Source: Candidatus Magasanikiibacteriota bacterium
GTDB taxonomy: Bacteria > Patescibacteriota > Patescibacteriia > Magasanikbacterales > GWA2-37-8
Assembly (NCBI GenBank): GCA_963840935.1
Contig: CAWJAS010000001.1
Span: forward strand, 645,834-704,789
Reading direction: 5' to 3'
DNA: 58,956 nt
A program made the position numbers and the translations under genes. Shown in pieces: positions 32,969 through 41,718 of the stretch; the stretch's first letter is position 1, and the number at the start of each line of letters is the position of its first letter. The notes below the pieces were generated by a model. The model ran no database searches. It was given only the letters and a program-made list of their open reading frames with translations, and was not told the origin of the DNA.

Positions 32969-33766
32969 CTACTGTGGAAGATTGCCGTGCAACCGCAACT
33001 GGGTGACCGTACTCATGCCGACGCACTTGGCGATTTCTTCCACATCGCCGGCGTTGCCGAGCACGAGACAGCAGTGAAGCGCGTCGAGTTCCGGCGGAGC
33101 CGGACTGATTTCGGGGAAGCAATCCCCGGACGACCTGGGCACACGCTTGCCCATGACGATATCGGCCAAGGGCCCATTCGGGTCCTCGGGCGTCCAGCCG
33201 AGCGGTCCATCGACCAGCGGTTCCATCCTGGTAAGGACGTCTACCGCGGTGAACTGAACCGTTCCGGCTTCCTTCGCCGGCATCGGCTTGCCGTCGACGG
33301 GAGCCTTCTCGATGTCGGTCACCATCGTCGTCGACTCGGCCGGGACATTGCCCGCGGGATTCTTTATGATGAGCATGAAGCCGATGATGAAGAAGAAAAG
33401 AAGGGCGAAAACAGCGACCACCTTGACCGCGAGCGATGTTTTGCGTTCTTCCTGTTTCTTCTCCTCCTTCGGCAGGGGCGGGGGCGTCGGCGGAGCCGTG
33501 TTGTCAGGCACGGTCTCGGGCTTCACCTCGGGCAGATCCACCTCGAGGGGAACGGTCTGCGCCACGTGGCGCGAAGCCTTGTCGTCGTCGGCCACGACCG
33601 CCTTCTCGGCGTTGGGGTCAACGGACGCTTCGTCGCCGGGGGCAACCGGCTCTTCGGACACGACTTCCGGCGAGGTGTTCACCTCACCGCCGTCCGTATC
33701 CGCGCCCGTGTCACCTTGCGAAACCGGCAGTTCCACTGTCGGCGCTTTCATATCGTTCTCGGTCAT
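32969..33766 (-). CDS. Single-pass membrane protein with acidic/Pro-rich N-terminal region
   Basis: The ATG at 33766 is preceded by aaaggaggcaag. TM segment VKVVAVFALLFFFIIGFMLII. The track start at 33904 overlaps the FHA gene and lacks an RBS. Confidence 0.65.
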   Translation of the reverse strand: MTENDMKAPTVELPVSQGDTGADTDGGEVNTSPEVVSEEPVAPGDEASVDPNAEKAVVADDDKASRHVAQTVPLEVDLPEVKPETVPDNTAPPTPPPLPKEEKKQEERKTSLAVKVVAVFALLFFFIIGFMLIIKNPAGNVPAESTTMVTDIEKAPVDGKPMPAKEAGTVQFTAVDVLTRMEPLVDGPLGWTPEDPNGPLADIVMGKRVPRSSGDCFPEISPAPPELDALHCCLVLGNAGDVEEIAKCVGMSTVTQLRLHGNLPQ

Positions 33767-33896
33767 CTTGCCTCCTTTTCGGGGCGACGCACCGGGCGCC
33801 GGCGCGCGTTTGGGTTTCTTGGAATCACTGAAAAAAATCGAAATCTTGTCATTGCCCAAAAAGAGTTTGTCCGCATGGAGCAGTTCGTACCATGCG

Positions 33897-34979
33897 TCAC
33901 TCAAGACTTCTCACTCCATTGACGTAAGTTCCATTCAACGACTCACAGTCGCAAATGAAACAGTCATCGCCGTCTCGCTTGATCATGGCGTGCCGAGCCG
34001 AAACTGACTCCTCGGACTTATCAACCACCACATCGCACATGGGCGATCTGCCGATAACGATGGTGTCGCCATCCGCAAGCGGACAACGAACCATTCCGTA
34101 GTTGTCGAGCTGAATCAAGAAAGGAGCCCCGTCCTCGGCCTGGGAATTCGGGAACCGTTCCCAAATCCTGGCCGCTCTCTGAACGGAAATCCTCATCTTC
34201 ATAGTCGGCATTTCATCAGAAGCGAGCGGTGAAGGAGGAGGAGACAAGGTCGGAATGTCATCCGGGGAAGGAGAACCTTTCTCATCCATTCCCCAACTGT
34301 CTTCCACTTTTGCCTCCGGCTCCACTGGTTTCGGCAGATCCACCTCGTCTTTCGCCTGTTTGATGACTTCTTCGGTGGTCAGAGCGCGGTCTTCCTCGCC
34401 ATCGGCGTCACCGCCGTTGTCAGAATCCGCATCATCGCCGACTGTCGCCGTCGCCGTGGCAACCTCGGTTTCACCCGTCTCAACAACTTGAGTGGGCTCA
34501 TCCTCGGAATCTTCCGAGTCGTGGCTTGATTCCACGACAATGGGGTCGCCTTCCGCTGGCTGGGTGGTTTCTTCACCCGAATCCGGACCCTCGAAAGTGT
34601 TCTCAAGAGAAGAACCGTCATCTTCCATGCGAAGGATGTAACCGCTCAAACGAGCGGCTTCTTCCTTTTCTTCATCGGAAAGAGGCGGAGGCGCGACACT
34701 GGTTCGCACCGCTTCCGCCATCTGCGGATCACCCTCTTCTTCGAGGGTCTGCGCCACTCTCTCGGCCATGGCCATTCGCGACGCGCGAGGCGTCGTCTCC
34801 GGCCTTCTCGGCATGATCGGCGCCGAGAGAGTCGTCGGTGGCGCAGGCGGTGGAAGAGTTCCTCCCCTTACCGTCGAATAGTCTTCACTATCTTCGGCAG
34901 AGGGATTATCCCCTGCACCAAACACCGGAGTACTGCCGTACATTTTGGTCGGCAGTTTCTCTCTTGGTTTATCGCCCAT
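33897..34979 (-). CDS. FHA-domain protein with long disordered acidic N-terminal region
   Basis: C-terminal VIGRSPMCDVVVDKSEESVSARHAMIKRDGDDCFICDCESLNGTYVNG fits the FHA signature (GR...S..H...D..S.NGT.vNG). SD aggag. Confidence 0.75.
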   Translation of the reverse strand: MGDKPREKLPTKMYGSTPVFGAGDNPSAEDSEDYSTVRGGTLPPPAPPTTLSAPIMPRRPETTPRASRMAMAERVAQTLEEEGDPQMAEAVRTSVAPPPLSDEEKEEAARLSGYILRMEDDGSSLENTFEGPDSGEETTQPAEGDPIVVESSHDSEDSEDEPTQVVETGETEVATATATVGDDADSDNGGDADGEEDRALTTEEVIKQAKDEVDLPKPVEPEAKVEDSWGMDEKGSPSPDDIPTLSPPPSPLASDEMPTMKMRISVQRAARIWERFPNSQAEDGAPFLIQLDNYGMVRCPLADGDTIVIGRSPMCDVVVDKSEESVSARHAMIKRDGDDCFICDCESLNGTYVNGVRSLE

Positions 34980-35070
34980 TATTTTCTCCTGTTTCTACTC
35001 CTTCCTTGGGAGTTTTTTGTGTTTTTACCTAAGTTTTAAAGAACTTATGCTTTAATAAGCATAACAGAGA

Positions 35071-35099
35071 AATATAGCATAAATCTTCATTTTTGTCAA
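35071..35099 (-). promoter_or_regulatory. Sigma70-type promoter for the FHA operon
   Basis: Minus strand: TTGACA (35099-35094), 17-nt spacer, TATATT (35076-35071). Confidence 0.55.
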
Positions 35100-35123
35100 T
35101 AGCTTAACGCTTTTCTTAATAAA

Positions 35124-35155
35124 ATAAAAAAAGAGCGCGCTTAACGCGCTCTTTT
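35124..35155. terminator. Hairpin terminator at the right island border
   Basis: agagcgcg-cttaa-cgcgctct flanked by an A-run and a T-run. It lies immediately 3' of the 1622-aa gene. Confidence 0.65.
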
Positions 35156-35175
35156 AATTCGAAATTTAAATAAAA

Positions 35176-38100
35176 TTATATCTTTTCTCGCAAAGCGTCT
35201 ATTTTTTTGATAAGCGATGGCTTTATTTTGTTATCGTCAAGCATATCCTCAACAAAAGCTTTATGCAATTTGGCAACTTTCGGATTATCCTGATTTTTTA
35301 CAAGCCAATCATAGCCTTCTTTTGCTTTTTCGGCATTTGTTCCTTCAAGTTCATTAACCAAATTTCTTTCTCTAGTCGCCGTAATTTCGCGAATTTGTTG
35401 CCTCAACAATTCTTCTTCCTCGGCCTCAACTTCCTCGGCTTCTTCCTCTTCAGATTCTACCTGTGCATCTTCTTCGGCCTTTAATTTTTCTTGTGCTTCT
35501 TTCACAATTCTTTCCCTTTCACTCGCCTCAAATTCTTCTTTGTTTTGGGCGCCGGATTCAACGAGTTCTTCTTCCGGTTTTACTTCAATTTCTTCGACTG
35601 TTTCCACTTGTTCACCCACCGCATCCCCTTCTGTTTCCGCAGACGGCAATTCCGCTTCAGTTTCTACCGCTGTTTCAATTTCCATATTTACCGGTTGTAT
35701 TGTCGGTTCACCGATTGTGTCGGCCAGTTTTAATACCGCTTCCGCCCGAGCCATATCACCTGACTCAACATAACCAATATAGCGTGAAGCCATTTTTACG
35801 CCTGTCTTGTTATACACATCAATCATGTTGCCATATTGTTCGCTTGTAACACCTGATTCTGGAATTTTTTTCATCAATAAATCAAAATCTTCATTAGCCA
35901 TTCCCGCCGGTCTTCCGGCCGACCTGATTTGGTCGATTGTCATCGACAATTCGTCATATGGATTCTCAATATCTAACCTTCGCCCCGGCGCGCTTACCCG
36001 AGGTTCTGGCATCGGTTCATCATATGGATTTTTGATGTTTAACTTTCGACCTGATGCGCCGGTTCTTGGCTCTGGCATCGGTTCATCATATGGATTTTTA
36101 ATTTTCGATTTTGACCCAAACACTTCATCTGTCGTATAGCCCTCATCAGTCACAAAAGACAATTCATCGGCGTGATATTGCTCACCGGTCGACAAATCTT
36201 CATAAATCGGACCGCGCGCCACGCTATTATTGTATAATTGCATAGCTTCAAGATTTTTTCCTTCATTCTCAAAAATACTAATCTGAAGAGCTTCTTCCCT
36301 GGTCAAAAACACCGGTTCGGCCGCAGCTATATTTTTTATGCTTGCTCGCTTAACTTGGTGCACTTCCAAAACACCTTCGTCTGTTTTTGTCGCCACCTCG
36401 ACAATCTCGCCGGAAGGACGAGCAATTTTGACACGGTTCAATTCTTCAGCAATCGAAACTTTACCGCGCCGTCCAATTACCTCATCCGGTTCAAACACGT
36501 GTTCAGACCCGACATCGCTTTCTATTCCAATTGGTTTAAGTGGGGTCTCGGGCGGAATTGGCGTTAATGGAGTTTCCGGAGGAACAAGACGCTCTGCCGG
36601 ATAAATCGCTCCGCCAATAAATCTTTTTTCCGTGGCACCAACTCCCAAATCTTTTTCCGCGGGTACTATCGTTTCGCCCTCTGGCGCTCGCAAATAATCA
36701 GCCAATCTGGCACCGGCATAACCGGCTAAACCGCCAACAACGGCACCGACTCCCATATACACCAAAGCGCGATCTTTTGTCTGAAACGCTTTTAATATTT
36801 GCTTAGCGGTCTTTTCTGTTTCTTTATCTAATTTTTTTGCCTGTTTATTCAAATCAGCGAGTAAATCATCAATCGTAAACCGGGGGGCTTCGAATTTTTC
36901 CAATGTTATTTTATTAACCCGCGCGATAAAATTTTCGGCTCGGTTTTTGAGTAATGGCTTGTCGTCAAAAAATCCCATATCCAATTTTGCGCGGATGAAA
37001 GCGGAATCATTTTTTGCTTTTTCCAAATCTTTTTCAGCAATGATTACCTCTTGACCGAACAATTTCTTTTCCGCATCCGCAATCGTTGTTTCTATTGTTT
37101 TTTTCAATTTTTCATCTTCCGCCATTCTGGTTTTCTTTTCAATCATAAGACCAAGTCCGGCTCCGGCTAACGCGCCCGAAATCACTCGGCCGACAGAGCT
37201 TGTCTCGGCCACAGCGTACCCAATGGCACCACCGAATAATACTGCGCCGGCTCCTTCGGAACGAAACTTAAAGAATTTTTCCATTTTATCTACCAGCCAT
37301 TCTTTATCTACTTCATCTACGGCTTTTCTATCAGAAAAATCAACCGCTTGCGTCGCCTTAACCTCGTTCCGCTGATACATTTTTATGGTTGAAGTCATTG
37401 CCAAAGCCATTTTCGCGATTTTTTCTTCGTTTTCTTCCGGATAACGGGCAAGCAAATAATTATATGATCTTTTATAAAATTCTTGAGAAATTTCGTCCAA
37501 TGTATTTGAAAATTTTTCAAATAATTCCGGAGTCGGATTACGCAATACTTTATTTTTATCTTCTGCAAAAACCCTTACTTGCTCAATCAAATCTTGACTG
37601 GAATTTTCGCGCAATTGGTTGGCAAGAATGGACGCCAAAATGTTTTTATTAATGTATTTATCCGCGACTTCCGAAACAATCTTTTCGTTATCAACCGGCG
37701 GTTTTTCTTTTTTAAACAATTTGCCAATTGTTTTACCCCAAAACGACCCGGCTTTTTCTTTGGCTGTTTGAAATATTTCGGACTTGGCGATTTTTTTGTT
37801 AAGTACGCGGACAAGACCAATGCTCGCGCCAGCCACTGCCGCGGCCGCACCACCGGAACCAATTACCAAACCGGCGCCAATACCAATACCCGCGGCCATA
37901 GCCAATTGCGGAGCCATACGCGCGACAAATGAGCCAACTTTACCCATTTTACTCGCCTTACCCGCCTGCGAAACAGAAATTTGTTTTTGCAATTCAGCCT
38001 CCACCGCTCCGCGAAGCAAGGAATAAACCTGCTCGGTAATAACCTCGGTCATTTGCTCACGTTTGGATTGTTCGAGCCGATTCAAAATTCTATCGCCCAA

Positions 38101-40029
38101 AACTTCTCTGAATAAATCATTAAAATCTTCGCGATTTTTATTCGAATTGGCCAAAGCGTCTTTTTTTACCGAATCAACCAAGGAATTAATTTCGGTTTCA
38201 GAAAAAAATGAAAGAATTTTTTGCGGTTCCACATCAATTATTCCCTCTTTCTCGAGCATTTGGGCGATACCGCGTTGCACTTCATTTTTTGATATCGGGG
38301 GTAATAAACTCTCTTCAATTTCTTGAATATCGGGCATTGACGCCGATTTTTCCGGCTTAACCACGCGCTTGGGCGCGCGCGACTGTTTTTCTTTTCTTTC
38401 TTGTGATTCTTCTTCGCCTTGGCGATAAAATTCCCTTTCTACCGCTTCTTGCGCCATTTCAGATTTTCTTTTTGATTCTATTTTTTCAATTATATCGCTC
38501 ACCTTTTCATCCAAATCCGCAATTTCTTCCAGGCTAGTATCAGCGGATTTATGCAAAATGGTTTTTGCTCCTTCAAGAATCGCCTTTTGGTCCGGGGTTA
38601 GCAATTTTTCATTTACCGAAGACAAGGCGTAAACCAACTTCAAACCAATTTCTTGCTTACCTGTTTTCAAAATTTTTGGCAAAAGTTCTTTAAAGCTTTT
38701 TTCCGCTTCCACCATTTCCGCATCATACTGCTCCAAATTTTCTTTTATCTCGCCGAGTGATGATTTTTCTTTTGGGTCAAATAATTTTTGTAAAATATCA
38801 TTGCGATGAAGAGCGACAGCAACGGAGTGCCTGGTTTTATCAAGCAAATCACCGACTTTATTACCAGCTTGTCGCGCCTGGGCATCGAACGAATGCAATT
38901 CAATTGCCATTTTTTCGATTTTTTCCTTATCTTTATTTATTAAGGGCAAATAATAATACATCATCCGCATTTTATCATGAGCTTCTTCGGATTCTTCCTC
39001 GGGCGAAAAAATATTTTTTTCCGCTTGCGCCAAAAAATTATTTATCATTTCACTACTAACAATTCCATTCGCCGATTGCCGAATTTTCCCGGCTAATTCA
39101 AGCGCTTTGTTTTTTCCGTCTTTTACCTTAAAAAATTTCTCTTGAGCTCGCTTTTCCAATTTGCCCGCCAATTCATTAAGTTTTTTTCTATTATTTTCTT
39201 GTTCTGCTTTTTCACTCACAATTTCTTCCATTAATTTGCCGGGTTTAATGTCTTTCTCTATATTTATGACATAGTCTGATATTCTATTTGCCATTTCCGA
39301 CAGACGAACAAAGGAACTTTGAATTTCATCATCACTCATATCGCCAGACTTCAATTTGCCGGCAATTCTGGCTGTTTCTTTTTCAAGCATGCTCAGTTTA
39401 CCCTCCGCGTTTCCAATATAGAGACTAAAATTAGTCAAACGACGAATAAATTTTTCATCAAATGCTTCTTGATACCCCGAGCCGGTTATTTTGTCCATTA
39501 AATCTTTGAGTTGTTCTATTTTTGCCCGATTGCGCTCAATTTCTTTTTCCAAGTTTTTAAAATTATATTGCTCAAAGGACTCGGCCTCTCCGGATAATGA
39601 TGATTCAACTATCGGGAAAAGCGAAACAAAATCATCAACTTCTTTTTTTAAATTATTAATATTATTTATTTTTTTATCAATTAACGACATATCATCAGGG
39701 TTCAATTTGCCATTTTCATCCGCTCGATTCACAACATCTTCACAAAAATCCAACAAATCCTCGACCATTTCTCCCATTGTATTGTCGCCGGAATATTTTT
39801 TTACAAATTGTTTGTATTTCTTCATGGCTTGCGGAGCAATGCCCGGATATTGTTCCACCACCAATTCGCGAATATCTTGAAGCCATTTAATTTTACTTTT
39901 ATACTGGTCACGCAAAACCTCTGCCCTCTCGGCAAATTCCTGTAAATCAGACGCCGAATGAGGAGCGCGCAATTCAACATCACCGGACGACACGGCTTTA
40001 TCAATTAGTTTTTGTTTTATTTCCGTCAT
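35176..40029 (-). CDS. Giant hypothetical coiled-coil / multi-TM protein (AT-rich, host-type composition)
   Basis: About 1617 aa from the ATG at 40029 (track TTG at 40044). Gly/Ala-rich TM segments (AMAAGIGIGAGLVIGSGGAAAAVAGASIGL and others). 2.5 tandem copies of KNPYDEPMPEPR. Acidic C-terminus. Confidence 0.7.
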   Translation of the reverse strand: MTEIKQKLIDKAVSSGDVELRAPHSASDLQEFAERAEVLRDQYKSKIKWLQDIRELVVEQYPGIAPQAMKKYKQFVKKYSGDNTMGEMVEDLLDFCEDVVNRADENGKLNPDDMSLIDKKINNINNLKKEVDDFVSLFPIVESSLSGEAESFEQYNFKNLEKEIERNRAKIEQLKDLMDKITGSGYQEAFDEKFIRRLTNFSLYIGNAEGKLSMLEKETARIAGKLKSGDMSDDEIQSSFVRLSEMANRISDYVINIEKDIKPGKLMEEIVSEKAEQENNRKKLNELAGKLEKRAQEKFFKVKDGKNKALELAGKIRQSANGIVSSEMINNFLAQAEKNIFSPEEESEEAHDKMRMMYYYLPLINKDKEKIEKMAIELHSFDAQARQAGNKVGDLLDKTRHSVAVALHRNDILQKLFDPKEKSSLGEIKENLEQYDAEMVEAEKSFKELLPKILKTGKQEIGLKLVYALSSVNEKLLTPDQKAILEGAKTILHKSADTSLEEIADLDEKVSDIIEKIESKRKSEMAQEAVEREFYRQGEEESQERKEKQSRAPKRVVKPEKSASMPDIQEIEESLLPPISKNEVQRGIAQMLEKEGIIDVEPQKILSFFSETEINSLVDSVKKDALANSNKNREDFNDLFREVLGDRILNRLEQSKREQMTEVITEQVYSLLRGAVEAELQKQISVSQAGKASKMGKVGSFVARMAPQLAMAAGIGIGAGLVIGSGGAAAAVAGASIGLVRVLNKKIAKSEIFQTAKEKAGSFWGKTIGKLFKKEKPPVDNEKIVSEVADKYINKNILASILANQLRENSSQDLIEQVRVFAEDKNKVLRNPTPELFEKFSNTLDEISQEFYKRSYNYLLARYPEENEEKIAKMALAMTSTIKMYQRNEVKATQAVDFSDRKAVDEVDKEWLVDKMEKFFKFRSEGAGAVLFGGAIGYAVAETSSVGRVISGALAGAGLGLMIEKKTRMAEDEKLKKTIETTIADAEKKLFGQEVIIAEKDLEKAKNDSAFIRAKLDMGFFDDKPLLKNRAENFIARVNKITLEKFEAPRFTIDDLLADLNKQAKKLDKETEKTAKQILKAFQTKDRALVYMGVGAVVGGLAGYAGARLADYLRAPEGETIVPAEKDLGVGATEKRFIGGAIYPAERLVPPETPLTPIPPETPLKPIGIESDVGSEHVFEPDEVIGRRGKVSIAEELNRVKIARPSGEIVEVATKTDEGVLEVHQVKRASIKNIAAAEPVFLTREEALQISIFENEGKNLEAMQLYNNSVARGPIYEDLSTGEQYHADELSFVTDEGYTTDEVFGSKSKIKNPYDEPMPEPRTGASGRKLNIKNPYDEPMPEPRVSAPGRRLDIENPYDELSMTIDQIRSAGRPAGMANEDFDLLMKKIPESGVTSEQYGNMIDVYNKTGVKMASRYIGYVESGDMARAEAVLKLADTIGEPTIQPVNMEIETAVETEAELPSAETEGDAVGEQVETVEEIEVKPEEELVESGAQNKEEFEASERERIVKEAQEKLKAEEDAQVESEEEEAEEVEAEEEELLRQQIREITATRERNLVNELEGTNAEKAKEGYDWLVKNQDNPKVAKLHKAFVEDMLDDNKIKPSLIKKIDALREKI

Positions 40030-40053
40030 ATTTATCCAACTCAAAAATAAGAT

Positions 40054-40236
40054 TTATTTTAATTTATTCGAAGCTTTTTCCAAATCGACACGGTCAACGA
40101 TATTCAAAAAATCTCGACGAATATTTTTTTCTTCTTTCGCGAGAATATTTACAAGCGACTGCCATTCGGCGTAATTTTGCAAAAGTTTTTTATACAAGTC
40201 AGACCGGTTGATTTTTTGTTGTTTTTTTCCGGCCAT
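40054..40236 (-). CDS. Small hypothetical protein
   Basis: 60-aa ORF, co-directional and tightly spaced with its neighbours. Confidence 0.4.
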   Translation of the reverse strand: MAGKKQQKINRSDLYKKLLQNYAEWQSLVNILAKEEKNIRRDFLNIVDRVDLEKASNKLK

Positions 40237-40244
40237 AAAAAATA

Positions 40245-40571
40245 TTAGACCGATGCTTTTAATTTTGCCGCCGAAGCTAAAAATTCATCGGCGAATTCTT
40301 TGAGAGCTTCTTCCACCTTTTTTTCGTAATCAGGAATATTTTTTTTAAAAAATTCAGCTAATGTTTTTGGGTCGGCTTCATTAGTCATCAGTTTGCCGAA
40401 TTCATCAACCGCATCCGGAGTCAATTCGCGTATAGCGATCATCCCCAGCCTTTTTTGCGCTTCCACACCGATTTTTTGCGAATATTCATCATAAAAATCA
40501 CGCGGGACATCATCGAGGCCGGCTTTTTTTAAAAGTTCCGTCACAAATGTGCTGATTAAATCTGGTTGCAT
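40245..40571 (-). CDS. Hypothetical protein
   Basis: 108-aa helical-looking ORF with no recognised motif. Confidence 0.5.
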   Translation of the reverse strand: MQPDLISTFVTELLKKAGLDDVPRDFYDEYSQKIGVEAQKRLGMIAIRELTPDAVDEFGKLMTNEADPKTLAEFFKKNIPDYEKKVEEALKEFADEFLASAAKLKASV

Positions 40572-40598
40572 ATATTAAAATAATAATTATTAAAAAAA

Positions 40599-41708
40599 TT
40601 AATTTTTGGCAGATTCGGAATTTGCGTAAAAAACACCATTGGTTAATTCAATGATTTTACCTGACCGTAAAACCGTTAAAATGGCTTCTCCAGCGCTGAT
40701 ATTATACCATAATTTTTCATCGCGAACAATTTGCCCGTTAATTTCCAAAACAACATCTCCTTTGCGTAATTTGCTGTTTTTATTCCAAACGCTTGCCACT
40801 GCAAATCCATGCGCCTGACCGTTTTTATCAAACACCGGCTGTTCAAAGGAAAACCATCCGGCTACTCCAAAAGAGGGGTATTCGATGATTTGCTTTGATA
40901 AAACCGAAGGTAAAATATTGGTCAAATAACCGCTCGGCAATAACAAGCTGTTATCCCCGACCAAGCCGACCACTCTGCCTTTGTGATTTACTACCACTGA
41001 ACCGTCGACAAAAATTCCTTCAAGACCATAAACGCGGGAAGGCGCGCTGTCCAAACGGCCATTTACCGGCGGTTTGGTGTTTGAACTGTAAATCACTCTG
41101 GAATAACGCCATTCTCCTTTTTCAAAAACAAAAACCTCATCAAATAAATTAACCAATTCTTCAAAACCGGCAACTTTAAATTGGACTGCGGTCTGCCTTT
41201 CTTCCGCGCCGGTTTCAAGCAAAGATATTTTTATGTAGGAAATTTTCGCGTACGGGTCAAACAAATGTTTCTCTACCTTATATATAGTTCCGGCTGAAGA
41301 AATCGCCCGCCATCTGGCCGGATAAAAAACCGGTGGTTTTTGCGAAACACGCATGGCGAGCCAACCGTCCGAGCCGACAACTATCGCGTCGCTGATTTTA
41401 TCTTCTATTGCCAAATAATTTACACTGTCAAGAACGGAATAATCGGAATAAACGCCGAATATTTTTTCGGCGCTTTCTTTGCGCACGGCCTCCTCAAGCG
41501 CGTTATGCGATGTTTCCACTCTGGTTTGAGAAACAACCCAAGTATCACCTCCGCCGTAATTCGGCCAAATCCAACCAAGCGCCATTATGCCCCCGGTTAA
41601 TCCGGCAAACAAACTCAAAAGAACAACTCCAATAATTAATTTGAGTCGAATCCATCGGACACGATTTTTAATGTAGCAAATCGGGTTGGGCAAATGTGGA
41701 GGATGCAT
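40599..41708 (-). CDS. Membrane-anchored protein with C-terminal PDZ-like segment
   Basis: N-terminal TM LKLIIGVVLLSLFAGLTGGIMALGWIW. C-terminal GDVVLEINGQIVRDEKLW...ILTVLRSGKIIEL is PDZ-like. No GNSGG protease motif seen. Confidence 0.4.
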   Translation of the reverse strand: MHPPHLPNPICYIKNRVRWIRLKLIIGVVLLSLFAGLTGGIMALGWIWPNYGGGDTWVVSQTRVETSHNALEEAVRKESAEKIFGVYSDYSVLDSVNYLAIEDKISDAIVVGSDGWLAMRVSQKPPVFYPARWRAISSAGTIYKVEKHLFDPYAKISYIKISLLETGAEERQTAVQFKVAGFEELVNLFDEVFVFEKGEWRYSRVIYSSNTKPPVNGRLDSAPSRVYGLEGIFVDGSVVVNHKGRVVGLVGDNSLLLPSGYLTNILPSVLSKQIIEYPSFGVAGWFSFEQPVFDKNGQAHGFAVASVWNKNSKLRKGDVVLEINGQIVRDEKLWYNISAGEAILTVLRSGKIIELTNGVFYANSESAKN

Positions 41709-41718
41709 AAAAAATATA

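Noticed and set aside
33000-33100. HTH or sigma region 4-like stretch (DVEEIAKCVGMSTVTQLRLHG) at the C-terminus of 32969..33766.
   Set aside because: By the positive-inside rule (KEEKKQEERK lies before the TM) this segment is predicted to be extracytoplasmic, so a DNA-binding role is unlikely. The similarity is only a short pattern match.
25374-33922. Other long ORFs antisense to or overlapping GC-rich genes: 25374..26966, 25580..26245, 27234..28253, 28523..29446, 30002..30508, 31605..32249, 32274..32843, 32987..33922, 33288..34007 and similar.
   Set aside because: - All lie opposite to or out of frame with CDSs that have an RBS, a signal peptide and recognisable domains.
- Their compositions (R/G/V/P-rich) are typical of GC-rich shadow frames.
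17420-35110. GC-rich island as a simple chimeric misassembly or contaminating contig.
   Set aside because: - The composition alternates at least seven times, exactly at CDS boundaries.
- The AT-rich spacers carry the same promoter style as the flanks, and one spacer carries the host repeat core (29556-29574).
- A misjoin would give a single breakpoint.
- It still needs read-level confirmation, so I kept it as a caveat rather than dismissing it fully.
17420-35110. Diversity-generating retroelement, or an integrative or conjugative element, as the explanation for the island.
   Set aside because: - I found no reverse transcriptase, template/variable repeat pair, integrase, transposase, relaxase or flanking direct repeats.
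- The only att-like duplication, at tRNA-Asp (44904/45088), is 10 kb away and encloses 164 bp.
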